NCBI GenBank assembly: GCA_947631295.1
Contig: CANRKU010000001.1
Coordinates: 6,690-70,689, forward strand
DNA from: an uncultured Bacilli bacterium
GTDB lineage: Bacteria; Bacillota_I; Bacilli_A; RF39; UBA660
DNA: 64,000 bases
Direction of reading: 5' to 3'
Shown: in pieces, positions 11,323 to 22,300 of the stretch
Position numbering within the stretch: position 1 is the first letter of the stretch
Layout: each line of letters begins with the position of its first letter
Position numbers and translations under genes: made by a program
Notes under the pieces: generated by a model
What the model was told of the DNA's origin: nothing
What the model saw: the letters and a program-made list of their open reading frames with translations, nothing else
Database searches by the model: none

Positions 11323-11928
11323 ATGAAAAATAGGACCTATTGGATGTTATTAATAGCTATTCTTATTTTTGTTAGTCTTGTTATTATTTATCAATTTTCT
11401 TATCTAGAAGAAATTGATAAATATGGTTATAATATTCAAAGTTTATTTATTCATCCTAGTTTTAAAACTATCTTTTTTGTCATTACAAATATAATGAGTA
11501 CAGTAGGGGTTATTTTCATTATAATAGGGACTTTCTATTTGTTAAAAAAACATGATTGCAAGAAAGATATTTTTATCTATATTCTTACTATTTTATGTTG
11601 TTTAATAATTACTAATCTTGTTAAAATTATTGTGAAAAGGACAAGACCATTTCCGATGTTATTACAAGTATCTGGTTATAGTTTTCCTAGTAGTCATGCT
11701 GCTGTTGCTGTAGTAGTATATGGATATTTAATTTTATTTATTAAAAAATATTATTCTGGAAAAAGAAAAAAATTATATACTTTTATTTGTCTTCTTTTTA
11801 TTTTATTAACAGGAGTTAGTAGGATTTATTTTAATGTTCATTATGTTACTGATGTCATTGCTGGGTTTAGTTTAGGATCTATCTTTTTATGTATTGGTTG
11901 TCTTTTTATGAATAGAAATCTGAATTGA
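11323..11928 (+). CDS. PAP2-family phosphatase (membrane-associated; undecaprenyl-PP/lipid phosphatase-like)
   Basis: Contains PAP2 motifs (KIIVKRTRPF; PSSHAAVAVV; SRIYFNVHYVTDV). The start was chosen at the ATG after an AGGTGA RBS, so the upstream extension in the ORF track is unlikely. Confidence 0.8.
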   Translation: MKNRTYWMLLIAILIFVSLVIIYQFSYLEEIDKYGYNIQSLFIHPSFKTIFFVITNIMSTVGVIFIIIGTFYLLKKHDCKKDIFIYILTILCCLIITNLVKIIVKRTRPFPMLLQVSGYSFPSSHAAVAVVVYGYLILFIKKYYSGKRKKLYTFICLLFILLTGVSRIYFNVHYVTDVIAGFSLGSIFLCIGCLFMNRNLN

Positions 11929-11998
11929 TTTCACTAGAGGAAGATTTTTTTCATTAGTATACAATGAAATAAAACTTTATAAATTATTGCTGTTTTGA

Positions 11999-13306
11999 TT
12001 ATGAGTAATTAGGCTGTATTAGTCTTTTTTTTACATGTATAAAATGGCTAATAGATACTACAACAATATTTACGCTTGATGCTATGATGAATCCGTAGAT
12101 TCCAATTCTCCATGATGAGAGAAAATATAGTAAAGATGTTTTTAAAATGATTCCTAAAATATTATCAAACATCACTTGTTTTGATAAATTCATTGCTTGC
12201 ATAGTAGCTGCTAATGGTAATTCAATATAATAAAAGAGAAAAGGAATAGCTAAAGCTCTCAAATAATTTCCACCATGAGTTGTACCATATATAAGATTTA
12301 AAAAAAAGGTGGGAAATAAAAATAAAATGATAGTAGTAGGTAGCCCAATGGATAACGAAATACCAATTGCTTGTTTTAATTTTCTTTTAATATAAGAAAA
12401 ATTTTTCTCCGTTGCCGCTTTGGAAATAACAGGCAATAAACTATTAGAGATAGCTCCTGTAAAGAAGCCTGGTAATAATAAAAGTGGCATAGAATATCCT
12501 GCTACAATACCATATTCTTGAGTAATAAAATTAGCACTATATCCAGCTTTTAACATTCCGGCTGTTAATAGAATAGGTTCTAAAAAATAGCCAATATTTC
12601 CAATTAATCTAGTGTTGGTATTCGGAATGGAAATTGCTAAAATATTTTTAATATTTCTTTTTTGTGGTTTGATATCATCTGAAGAAAATTTGATGCCTTT
12701 TGGTAGAAATAATAATAGAGTGATAATACTGGTAAATTCACTAACCATATTGACTAATACCAAAAAACTAACTGCATATACTAAATCAATTTTTAATAAT
12801 GTAGGTACTAATAGAATAGTTAAAGTTAATCTAACTATTTGCTCAATTACGTGACTGATAACATGAGGTAGCATTTTCTGCTTTCCAAAAAAATAACCTC
12901 TTAACATATTAGAAAGGGCTTCAAAAGGAAGAACGAGACTAATACATAAAATTGGTAAATAACATCGACTATCTTTTAATAAATCTATCGAAATGAATGA
13001 TGCAGAAAAGAGAATTATGGCAATTAATATTAAATCGAAAATCATAATAATGGGAATACTGGAAAATAGGAGATTTTTATTATTATATTGATCCTCACTT
13101 ACTAATTTAGATACACTAGTGGGGAGACTAAATTGTGCTAAAGACATAAATAAAGAAAAAGTTGGAAAAATTAACATATATAGTCCGATTCCTTCTAATC
13201 CAATTAATCTAGTATTTATAACTTTGATAATCATACCTAATATTTTAGTAATTAGACCGCCAATAATTAGAATAATAGTTGATCTGATAAAAGTTTCTTT
13301 CTTCAT
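11999..13306 (-). CDS. MOP-superfamily flippase (polysaccharide biosynthesis / SpoVB-like, Wzx/MurJ-like), 435 aa
   Basis: About 12 predicted TM helices and an N-terminus typical of the PST/SpoVB family (IRSTIILIIGGLITKILGMIIKVINTRLIG.EGIGLY). Confidence 0.7.
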   Translation of the reverse strand: MKKETFIRSTIILIIGGLITKILGMIIKVINTRLIGLEGIGLYMLIFPTFSLFMSLAQFSLPTSVSKLVSEDQYNNKNLLFSSIPIIMIFDLILIAIILFSASFISIDLLKDSRCYLPILCISLVLPFEALSNMLRGYFFGKQKMLPHVISHVIEQIVRLTLTILLVPTLLKIDLVYAVSFLVLVNMVSEFTSIITLLLFLPKGIKFSSDDIKPQKRNIKNILAISIPNTNTRLIGNIGYFLEPILLTAGMLKAGYSANFITQEYGIVAGYSMPLLLLPGFFTGAISNSLLPVISKAATEKNFSYIKRKLKQAIGISLSIGLPTTIILFLFPTFFLNLIYGTTHGGNYLRALAIPFLFYYIELPLAATMQAMNLSKQVMFDNILGIILKTSLLYFLSSWRIGIYGFIIASSVNIVVVSISHFIHVKKRLIQPNYS

Positions 13307-13475
13307 GAAATTATCACCTTATTAAATTTATATGTTATTTTGAGTAATTTTGAACTAAATATATTGATATTAAAAGTTTTGACTTGCTATCTAGATGTTC
13401 TTTTTTTTGATTATTTTTTATTAAATCTTTATTAAATTGAAAAATTCATATATAATAATTTATATAGTAGGTGGT

Positions 13476-13733
13476 ATGATGGAAATTTTGTTTTCAAGTA
13501 GCGAGGAATTAAAGAAAAGAGTGATGCCTGCTTTACGTATTAGAAAAAGAGAACTGAAAAAATTAAACTATGCTATTACGGAAGAAGAAATATGGAATTA
13601 TTTTGTAGAAAAATTTTGGAAAAAATCTTTTCAATTATCTCTTTATCAAATTGTGGATGATATTTTAAATAGAGAAATTGATATGCATATGATAAAATGT
13701 AGTTTTGGAGATGGTGTAAATGAGCAAAAATAA
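13476..13733 (+). CDS. small conserved protein (about 85 aa) preceding and overlapping relA; possibly a post-transcriptional-regulator (ComN/YrzD)-like protein
   Basis: The ORF ends 14 nt into relA. A GGTGGT RBS precedes the ATGATG start. The family assignment is tentative. Confidence 0.45.
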   Translation: MMEILFSSSEELKKRVMPALRIRKRELKKLNYAITEEEIWNYFVEKFWKKSFQLSLYQIVDDILNREIDMHMIKCSFGDGVNEQK

Positions 13734-15867
13734 AGAATATACAATCGATGATTTAATTGAAAAAGCAAGTGTTTATATTCCAGAAGAAGAAAATTTAAAT
13801 AAGATTAAAGATGCTTATCAATTTGCTGATATTTGTCATGGAGGTCAATATCGTAAATCAGGAGAACCTTATATTATTCATCCTTTAAATACAGCTATCA
13901 TCTTAACAACTGTTTATGCCGATACTGATACTTTAATTGCTGGATTGCTACATGATACTATTGAAGATTGTGGAATTGAGAAAGAAGAGTTAGAGGAAAA
14001 ATTTGGTAAAATAGTTGCTAACTTAGTTTATGGAGTATCTAAACTTGGAAGGATTCATTTTTCAACTGAAAATGAATATTTAATTGATTATTATAAAAAG
14101 ATTATTGTTGGTATGAGTGAAGATGTTAGAGTAATTATTGTGAAATTAGCGGATCGTTTACATAATATGAGAACTCTTTATGCTTTACCGATAGAAAAAC
14201 AAAAAAAAATAGCGAAAGAAACTTTAGAAATTTTGGCTCCTATTGCTCATCATTTAGGAATTCATAAAATTAAAAGTGAATTGGAGGATTTATCCCTTCG
14301 TTATTTAAAACCTGATGTTTTTTATGATATTGCTGAAAAATTAGATAAAACAAAATTAGAACGCGATAATACTGTTAATGATATGATGAATCTGGTGACA
14401 GATTTATTAAATGAACATAATATTCCCCATGAAATTAAGGGAAGAGCAAAAAGTATTTATAGTATTTATAATAAATTAAATAAAGGAAGAAAGTTTAGTG
14501 ATATTTATGATTTATTAGCATTAAGAATCTTAGTTAATACGGAACAAGAATGCTATTTGGCTCTTGGTATCATTCATTCTAAATTCAAGCCAATTCCTAA
14601 ACGTTTTAAGGATTATATTGCGATGCCCAAGACAAATATGTATCAGTCTTTACATACTACGGTATTTGGAAAAGATGGTTATTTGTTTGAAATTCAAATT
14701 CGTACTTATGATATGGATGAAGTAGCAGAAAATGGTATTGCATCTCATTGGGCTTATAAAGAACATAAAGATGCTAGTAAATTAATGCAAAATACTACCG
14801 AACAAAAGCTTCAATTTTTTAAATCTATCATTGAATTAAATGAAGATAAAATGAGTAGTGAAGAATTTGTAAATAGTGTTAAAGACGAGGTTTTAAATAA
14901 TAATATTTATTGTTTTACTCCTAAAGGAGATATTATTGAATTACCAAAAGGTTCAACTCCAATCGATTTTGCCTATAAAGTTCATACAAGGATTGGGGAA
15001 ACAATGATAGGTGCTCTTGTCAATAATAGTATTGTACCATTGGATTATGAATTACATAGTAATGATATTGTTAAAATTAATACCTCTAAAAATTCGAATG
15101 GACCTTCACAAGAATGGTTAAAAATTGTGAAATCGTCACAGGCTCGAAATAAAATACGTGCTTTTTTTACTAAAAATGAAAGAGAAATATATATTGAACG
15201 TGGAAAAGACTTTTTAGAAAAAGAGCTTAGAAAAAGAAAAATTCCTTTTTCTGATTTCTTTACAACTGAAAATCAAAATAAATTGTTAAAAGAATTTAAG
15301 ATTAATGATTTGGAAGAATTGTATTTAGAAATAGGAAATGGAAAGCATGCTGCTAGTACTGTTGTTAATATTCTATATAGAAAGGAAGAGGAAATAAAAC
15401 CAAAAAAAATTATTTCCAAAGCAGTAGATAATAATTCTGATATAGTTGTTTCTGGTATTGATAAAGTTAAAGTTAATTTGGCTAATTGTTGCAATCCTAT
15501 TCCAGGAGATGATATCATAGGATATATTACGAAAGGAAATGGGATTAGTGTTCATAGAAGATGTTGTCATAATTTAGAATATTTAGATAATCGTATTATA
15601 AGAGTGGATTGGAATTCTATTACTAGTGAAAAATATGAAACGGTAATTTTAGTTCATTCTAATACTACTGAAAATAAAATTTTAGAAATGATTCAAAAAA
15701 TGAGTATGTTTGATATTCGTATTGATCGTTTTTTAACGATGCATGATAAGGATGATACTATTTATGAAATTACTTTATATGTTCAAAATTTAGAATGTTT
15801 AAAAAAGATTTTTAAAGAGTTAGAAAAATTATCTTATGTGATAAAAATAGAAAGGTTAATTCGATGA
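13720..15867 (+). CDS. relA: bifunctional (p)ppGpp synthetase/hydrolase RelA/SpoT
   Basis: 715 aa with an HD domain (HPL..A..L....D..TLIAGLLHDTIEDC), a RelA/SpoT synthetase domain, TGS and ACT domains. Followed by dtd as in Bacillus. Confidence 0.95.
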   Translation: MSKNKEYTIDDLIEKASVYIPEEENLNKIKDAYQFADICHGGQYRKSGEPYIIHPLNTAIILTTVYADTDTLIAGLLHDTIEDCGIEKEELEEKFGKIVANLVYGVSKLGRIHFSTENEYLIDYYKKIIVGMSEDVRVIIVKLADRLHNMRTLYALPIEKQKKIAKETLEILAPIAHHLGIHKIKSELEDLSLRYLKPDVFYDIAEKLDKTKLERDNTVNDMMNLVTDLLNEHNIPHEIKGRAKSIYSIYNKLNKGRKFSDIYDLLALRILVNTEQECYLALGIIHSKFKPIPKRFKDYIAMPKTNMYQSLHTTVFGKDGYLFEIQIRTYDMDEVAENGIASHWAYKEHKDASKLMQNTTEQKLQFFKSIIELNEDKMSSEEFVNSVKDEVLNNNIYCFTPKGDIIELPKGSTPIDFAYKVHTRIGETMIGALVNNSIVPLDYELHSNDIVKINTSKNSNGPSQEWLKIVKSSQARNKIRAFFTKNEREIYIERGKDFLEKELRKRKIPFSDFFTTENQNKLLKEFKINDLEELYLEIGNGKHAASTVVNILYRKEEEIKPKKIISKAVDNNSDIVVSGIDKVKVNLANCCNPIPGDDIIGYITKGNGISVHRRCCHNLEYLDNRIIRVDWNSITSEKYETVILVHSNTTENKILEMIQKMSMFDIRIDRFLTMHDKDDTIYEITLYVQNLECLKKIFKELEKLSYVIKIERLIR

Positions 15868-16301
15868 GAGTTTTAGTTCAAAAAAGTAAAAAAGCTTGTT
15901 GTAGAGTAGATAATAAAATAGTTGGAAAAATTGATGAAGGACTTGTATTATTTGTTGGTTTTACTTCTTCAGATACTATAGAACAAGTTGAATATTTATG
16001 TAGAAAAATTGTAAATCTTAGAATTTTTAATGATCAAAATGGAGTGATGAATCAAAGTATTTTGGAACAGAAAAAACCACAAGTGTTATCTATTTCTCAA
16101 TTTACTTTATATGCTAATACTAAGAAAGGTAATCGACCAAGTTATGTAGAGGCATTAAATGGAGAAAGTGCAAAAATATTATATGATTTATTTAATCAAG
16201 AATTAAGAAAGTATGTAGCAGTAGAAACTGGTATTTTTGGTGCTAATATGCAGATTGATTTTATAAATGACGGTCCAACTACTATTTGGTTAGAAAGGTG
16301 A
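15864..16301 (+). CDS. dtd: D-aminoacyl-tRNA deacylase
   Basis: 145 aa containing the SQFTLYA and NDGPTT motifs. Overlaps the relA stop by 4 nt. Confidence 0.9.
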   Translation: MRVLVQKSKKACCRVDNKIVGKIDEGLVLFVGFTSSDTIEQVEYLCRKIVNLRIFNDQNGVMNQSILEQKKPQVLSISQFTLYANTKKGNRPSYVEALNGESAKILYDLFNQELRKYVAVETGIFGANMQIDFINDGPTTIWLER

Positions 16302-16305
16302 TAGT

Positions 16306-17370
16306 ATGAGTAATAAATTAAATTATCGTTTAGTTAATACTTTATTATTAATGGCAATTATTTATATTATTGTTGCTACTAGTAATTATTGGGGTGGAAT
16401 TCTTCTAAAAGTATTTAATATTTTAGTTCCTTTTCTGTTAGCTTTTGTTTTTGCTTACATTTTAAATCCTTTTGTTAAAAAGTTAGAAGAAAAAGGAATT
16501 CGCAGAAGCTTGGCTATGATTTTTGTTATCTTAGTTGTCTTTGGTATATTTATTGGACTTTTGTGGATTACAGTTCCAGCTGTTTATGAACAGTTAGTAT
16601 CTTTTTCAAAAACAATTGCACAAGTAATTAATAATTTGTCTGGTAGATTGGATATTGATTTAGGATCTTATCAAATAGCAATTATGGATACATTAAATCA
16701 AATGATAAAAGATTTGGGTAGTTATATTTCTACAGGTACGATTGATATTTTAGGAAAAAGTGTTAATTTTTTAACTAATATGATTATTGTTTTTATCGTT
16801 GGAATTTATTTATTAATCGATATGGATAAGATACGTCATTTTATTAAAAAAACATTGTCATCTCATAAAAAAGAATTTCAATATGTGAAAGCAATTGATC
16901 GTGAGATGAGTGCTTATTTACATGGATTAGCTATTTTTATGATTATTCAATTAATAGAGTACTCCATTTTATTTAAAATTGTGGGACATCCTAGTTGGTT
17001 ATTATTAGGACTTTTGGCTTGTGTTACAACTGTTATTCCTTATTTTGGAGGAATTATTACGAATATTATTGCTGTTGTTACTGCTAGTGTAATTTCAACA
17101 AAACTTTTTATTGCGACATTATTCATTACTCTTGTTTTTCCAAATATAGATGGCTATGTCATTTCTCCTCATATTTATGGTAAAACTAATAATATTAATC
17201 CTATTTTAGTTATTTTTACTGCTGGTGTATGTAGTAGTTTGTTTGGAATTCTTGGAATTACAATGGGGCTTCCTCTTTATATTATTGTTCGTACTACATG
17301 GTATTTTTTTCATCAAGATATTAAAGAATATATTGTAGATATGAAGGAAGATAAAAATGCAACCAAGTAA
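16306..17370 (+). CDS. AI-2E family transporter (UPF0118/PerM-like) membrane protein
   Basis: 354 aa with 7-8 TM helices and a family-typical ...ILNPFV..LE..G.RRSLA.. segment. Confidence 0.8.
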   Translation: MSNKLNYRLVNTLLLMAIIYIIVATSNYWGGILLKVFNILVPFLLAFVFAYILNPFVKKLEEKGIRRSLAMIFVILVVFGIFIGLLWITVPAVYEQLVSFSKTIAQVINNLSGRLDIDLGSYQIAIMDTLNQMIKDLGSYISTGTIDILGKSVNFLTNMIIVFIVGIYLLIDMDKIRHFIKKTLSSHKKEFQYVKAIDREMSAYLHGLAIFMIIQLIEYSILFKIVGHPSWLLLGLLACVTTVIPYFGGIITNIIAVVTASVISTKLFIATLFITLVFPNIDGYVISPHIYGKTNNINPILVIFTAGVCSSLFGILGITMGLPLYIIVRTTWYFFHQDIKEYIVDMKEDKNATK

Positions 17371-17436
17371 AAATGATATATATCTGTATAGTCATTTATT
17401 TGATAGAAGAATTGGGATTATTTGGAGAAGAATTAG

Positions 17437-17589
17437 ATTCTCTACTTTGTTGATTTAGTGTACCCTTGGTTTGATCGTGGTGGCGATTGGAACAATGGTT
17501 CATATGTTGGTGTCTTTGCTTTTAATACTTACACTGGAGGGATGACTTCCCATCTTTCTTTCCGTATTGTACTTGCACCGATAAAATAA
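17437..17589 (+). pseudogene. orphan gene remnant encoding a C-type-lectin/FGE-sulfatase-like C-terminal segment (DGR variable-region-like); no start codon, preceded by stop codons
   Basis: Translation is ILYFVDLVYPWFDRGGDWNNGSYVGVFAFNTYTGGMTSHLSFRIVLAPIK*. The local GC is about 45% against about 28% for the surroundings. An upstream 26-codon ORF in another frame (17373..17453) suggests frame disruption. Confidence 0.4.
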
Positions 17590-17623
17590 TTATATTATAA
17601 TAATGCTACTAAGGGGTGATACG

Positions 17624-18295
17624 ATGTCTATTATTAAACAAAATCGAAGAGGGAGCATTATTGTAATTAGTGGTCCAAGTGGTTCTGGAAAAGGAACAAT
17701 TATTAATGAAATATTAAAGAAAAATAAAAACTGTTGGTTATCAGTTTCTACTACTAGTCGTCCAATTAGAGAAAATGATATTCCTGGTGTTACTTATAAT
17801 TTTGTTACTAAAGAAGAATTTGAAAAGAAAATCCAAGATGGTTATTTTTTAGAATATAATAATTACGTTGGAAATTATTATGGTACCCCTAAAGAATTTA
17901 TATTTAGTAAGATACAACAAGGAATCGATGTTATTTTAGAAATCGAAATTAATGGTGCACAAAATATAAAGAAATTGATACCTGAAGCTATTTTTATCTT
18001 TATCATGCCACCATCTATTGAAGAACTACAACAGCGATTAAGAAATCGTGGTACTGATAGCGAAGAAAAAATATTAGAACGATTTAAAGTTGCTTATCAA
18101 GAGATTAATGAGGTAACAAAATATAATTATGTAGTAGTAAATGATAAATTGGAAGAAGCAGTAGAAAAGGTACATTCTATTTTATTAGCTGAAAAATGTA
18201 GGGTGGATCGTATCGAAGAAGTATTTTTAAACAATAAAGAAGAAACTATTCATGAAAAATTAGTTGATAATAAACAATTTGATAATAGTAAATAA
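17624..18295 (+). CDS. gmk: guanylate kinase
   Basis: Has a P-loop (ISGPSGSGKGT) and the Gmk core. The start was set at the ATG following an AAGGGGTGA RBS. Confidence 0.9.
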   Translation: MSIIKQNRRGSIIVISGPSGSGKGTIINEILKKNKNCWLSVSTTSRPIRENDIPGVTYNFVTKEEFEKKIQDGYFLEYNNYVGNYYGTPKEFIFSKIQQGIDVILEIEINGAQNIKKLIPEAIFIFIMPPSIEELQQRLRNRGTDSEEKILERFKVAYQEINEVTKYNYVVVNDKLEEAVEKVHSILLAEKCRVDRIEEVFLNNKEETIHEKLVDNKQFDNSK

Positions 18296-18307
18296 TAAAA
18301 GACCGTT

Positions 18308-19225
18308 TTAAAAAATAACGGTCTTTAATATTCTAGAAGTATTTGCGAAATTAAGTTTGGCAATTTCTTTTAATTTGTCACTACCATATTTTTCAACAAT
18401 TTCTTCTCCAATAGTATCTACTTGAGGTCCAGCTCCTTTAGGAAGAGGAATATGCAAACTATCAGAAAGCTTATCAAACTCTTTTAAAAATAAATATCTA
18501 CTAATGACACTACTACAAGCAACAGCTAGATTCTTATCTTCTGCTTTGGTCATAAATGTTATGCCTCTTTGTATTTCTGATGATTCTTTAATATAATCAT
18601 AGTAACGATTTTCTTTCGCAAATTCATCCACAATAATATAATCATAAGATTCTTTTGTAGTTTGTACCATTTGATATAAAACTTTATTGTGCATAATTGC
18701 TTTAATTTTATTCATGTTATTATCAGAATGTCTTTCATTATATTCTTGATTCGTTAAAATAATACTCTTATAGGAAATTCTTTTGGCAACTTGAGGAGCA
18801 ATTTCTAAAATCTTTTCATCTGTTAATTTTTTGGAATCTTTAATCCCTAATTTTTCTAAAAATTCAATATCTTCTTTTTTAACAAAACTAGCTGTAACGA
18901 CAATTGGACCAAAATAATCTCCTGTTCCAACCTCATCAGATCCAATAGAAGAACAGTAATAATATTTTTTTTCTTTTTCTTTTATTTCAGGACTATTTTT
19001 TTTATTTTGGCCATCCATTTCGAGCCACATAGCTGAATCAATATCAGCACTAGTTCCTTGAAACATGATTTTTCCACTTTCGTACATGGTAACTACTGTA
19101 TCTCCATCTTGTGCTTGAAAGATAACATAGGGAATTACTTTATCTCTTTTTTTATCTTCATAATATTTGATAATTTTTTCTTTTGTTTTTTCACTAACGC
19201 GAATTACACAGTTCATAGATTTCAC
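18308..19225 (-). CDS. rnhC: ribonuclease HIII
   Basis: 305 aa with an N-terminal DUF3378 region and an RNase HII/HIII catalytic domain (CSSIGSDEVGTGDYFGP). Confidence 0.85.
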   Translation of the reverse strand: MKSMNCVIRVSEKTKEKIIKYYEDKKRDKVIPYVIFQAQDGDTVVTMYESGKIMFQGTSADIDSAMWLEMDGQNKKNSPEIKEKEKKYYYCSSIGSDEVGTGDYFGPIVVTASFVKKEDIEFLEKLGIKDSKKLTDEKILEIAPQVAKRISYKSIILTNQEYNERHSDNNMNKIKAIMHNKVLYQMVQTTKESYDYIIVDEFAKENRYYDYIKESSEIQRGITFMTKAEDKNLAVACSSVISRYLFLKEFDKLSDSLHIPLPKGAGPQVDTIGEEIVEKYGSDKLKEIAKLNFANTSRILKTVIF

Positions 19226-19333
19226 CTTCTTCTAATCTTCTAACATGATTATACTCAATTTTTTTTTCTTTTACAACCAATCAATAGACAAAATTAAGAA
19301 AATAAGATATGATTATAATAAGGTGTGAGTGTT

Positions 19334-22300
19334 ATGAAAATAACTAATAATGTATTAATAAAAGTAACTAATGATGATTTGATAAATGGTACTTTTACTA
19401 TTCCTGATGGTATCGTTTCTATAGGTGATTCTGCTTTTGACTTTTGTAGCCATTTAGAATCTGTTATCATTCCTGATAGCGTTATCAGCATTGGAGATTT
19501 TGCTTTTAATTATTGTGAGTCGTTACATTCTGTTATTATTCCTGATAGTGTCGTCCATATGGGTAAAACTGTTTTTCACCAATGCAAATCTTTACAGTCT
19601 GTAATATTATCAACTAATCTTACTAGTATCGAAGATTTTACTTTTCGTAGCTGCCAGTCTTTAATTTCTATTACTATACCCAAAATGGTTACTAAAATTG
19701 GCAATTATGCTTTTTCTAATTGTCTTTCTTTAAAATCTATTAATGGATTAGAAGGGGTTGTTGAGTTAGGCGATAGAACATTCCAAAATTGTAAATCTTT
19801 ATCTTCAATAGAATTATCTGAAAATCTTATAGATATTGGTCAAGAAGCCTTTTCTAATTGCGAATCTTTAACTAGCATCATGATACCTAAAAAAGTAAAA
19901 AAAATAAAAAAAGCTACCTTTGATGGGTGCCATTCATTAATATCTATATCATTATCTGACTCTATTGAAAGCATTGAAACAAAAGCTTTTAATAATTGCC
20001 CAATTGAAAATATAAATACACCATGGGGAGATTATCATATAACGCATCCTACTACTGAAAATGTTGCTAGTAGTTATCTTTATCTTTATGTAAATTCTAT
20101 CTTACAAGAAAAATTTAGTTCTTTAGCAGATTTTATTAATACTAATAATTCTATTTATGATTGCTTTATGAATAATAATTATCTTTTAGATCAAAATGCT
20201 ATTCAAAAATTTAAAAATTTATTTTATAAAATGAGAAGAACTTATGATATCAATGGAAATTTGTTCCATTCAATGGATTTGGAAATAACTGATAAATTTA
20301 ATTTAAATACTTGGAATCGTATTAAAAATGTTTTTGATTGGCGTGATACCTCCGAATTAGCACAATCTTTTAGTGAAATGATGAAAGTTTTTGGATTATT
20401 TGAAAATGATAGCGAAAAAGAAAAAAGAATTTCAGATTTTATTCATTTTTTTCGTGAAGATGACTTTTTTCTTACAAGTAAGCAATTTTCTGATTTAATT
20501 TCATGTTATTCTAATATGTCTCAAGTAATAGTTGATTCTTTTGAAAAGAAAGAGAAAAAATCTATAGTATGTAAACCAAATGTAGATATTCCTACTCAAT
20601 TTCAACCTTATTTAAAAAAGGAATTATCAGATCAAGTTATTAAATATATTAAAAGATTAGATGGTAGTTATGGAAAACGTATTAATGATTTTGTTAAAGA
20701 AAATTATGAAACTCATTACTTTGAAATCTATCAATTAAAGGAAGAATATTGTAACAATAATCATAGTATAAATCATTTATTATTTTATCATGATTTACTA
20801 GGCCATATTAATTATAGTAGTCTTCATCGTATATTTGATGGATGTGAATTAAAATTTAATCCTGATTTTTATCATTTTTTTAGAGATAATTTAGAATTTA
20901 TTTTACAGGATGAAAAATTACAGTCTCAAGTAAAAAATATCCAGAAGAATTTTGAAAAAATGAAAAATCATTATTTCAATCAATCAGGAGTAAAAGAAAT
21001 CACTTTAAAACAAGCACTTGATTATTTAGAAAATATTACCTTTGATTATCATGATGGAAATTATGAATTAGCACTGGATGTCAAAAGAGCTGGGGTAAAG
21101 AATGAAGAAGCCTTTCTTTATTATCAAAAAGTATTTGAAGAAAATGATGTTAGAAAATTAAGTTCTTTAATAAAAAGAAGCCATATTTATGAAATTGATG
21201 GCTATACGATTCAAGCAGAATTATTAAGAAAAGACGATAGTTTTGGTATGTTAGTAGGAGAAGTTAACTATACCGATTGTTGTCAAGCATTTGGTGATTT
21301 AGGTCATAATTGTATGGCCCATGCAGTAAGTAGTGATGATGGAGGAATCTTTGTTACCAGATTATTAAAAGATGGAGAATGGATTTTACTAACAGAGTCA
21401 TGGGATTGGCAGAATAATAATATTTATTGTCATGATAATATCGAAGGAACACCTTATTTCAAAAAAGATGAAAGATTAAAAAAAGCAGTAGCAGAGGTTT
21501 ATCGTTTAGATGGAGAAGCTATTATTGAAAAAAGTAAAGAAGAGGTATTAAAATATATAAAAACAAGAAGAAAAGTAATTGAGAAATCATCATTACCTAA
21601 TAAAGAAAAAGAATTGGAATTATTAAGAGAGTTAGAACAAAGAGAAGTAATTCGCTTAGTAACAGTAGGATCTGGAAATGATGATTTAGGACTTTCTCGT
21701 TATTTTCAAAGATCCATTCAAGTAAATCAAGAACAGATTATCGCCTCACAAAGATTTACCTTAGAAAACTTTCAACCAGTTAATTATAATTCAAATCAAC
21801 CATATTTTGATGAGACTCATGGTTCTTATACTGATAGCGGTATAAAACAGTATATGATAGCAGGAAGTATAGAAGAATTATGTTTGGGGAAATTAGAACC
21901 ATTAGTACCTATTTATCGAGATGAAAGAAGAGTCATCTTAGAAGAGAAAGAAAATATTAGAAATTATACGGTAAATAAAATCAAGAATATGGAAAAAGAA
22001 ATTTATCCAAAAGAGATGTATCAATATCAAACATCTCATCAAGATGATTTTAGTGATTCTAATATTTATTTAGGAGAAGATTGGTACTTAATTTATGAGG
22101 AAAAAGAAGATAATGGTATTTATATATCTGATTTAGTGAAAACAACTCCAACATTAGGAGATGAAATAAAGGATCAAAATCAAGAAATTATGAAAGTAAT
22201 CTATGATTTAGTAAGAAAATATGATTATATCGAAGCAGATTTAAAAGAGGATACCTCCTATTTATTATATTTAATCAATAAAAAGTTAGGATATTTTGAA

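Noticed and set aside
17371-17602. Complete DGR (RT + template repeat) in the window
   Set aside because: No reverse-transcriptase-like ORF (YxDD) and no A-rich template-repeat copy of the VR-like fragment could be found by eye. Only the orphan VR-like relic is reported.
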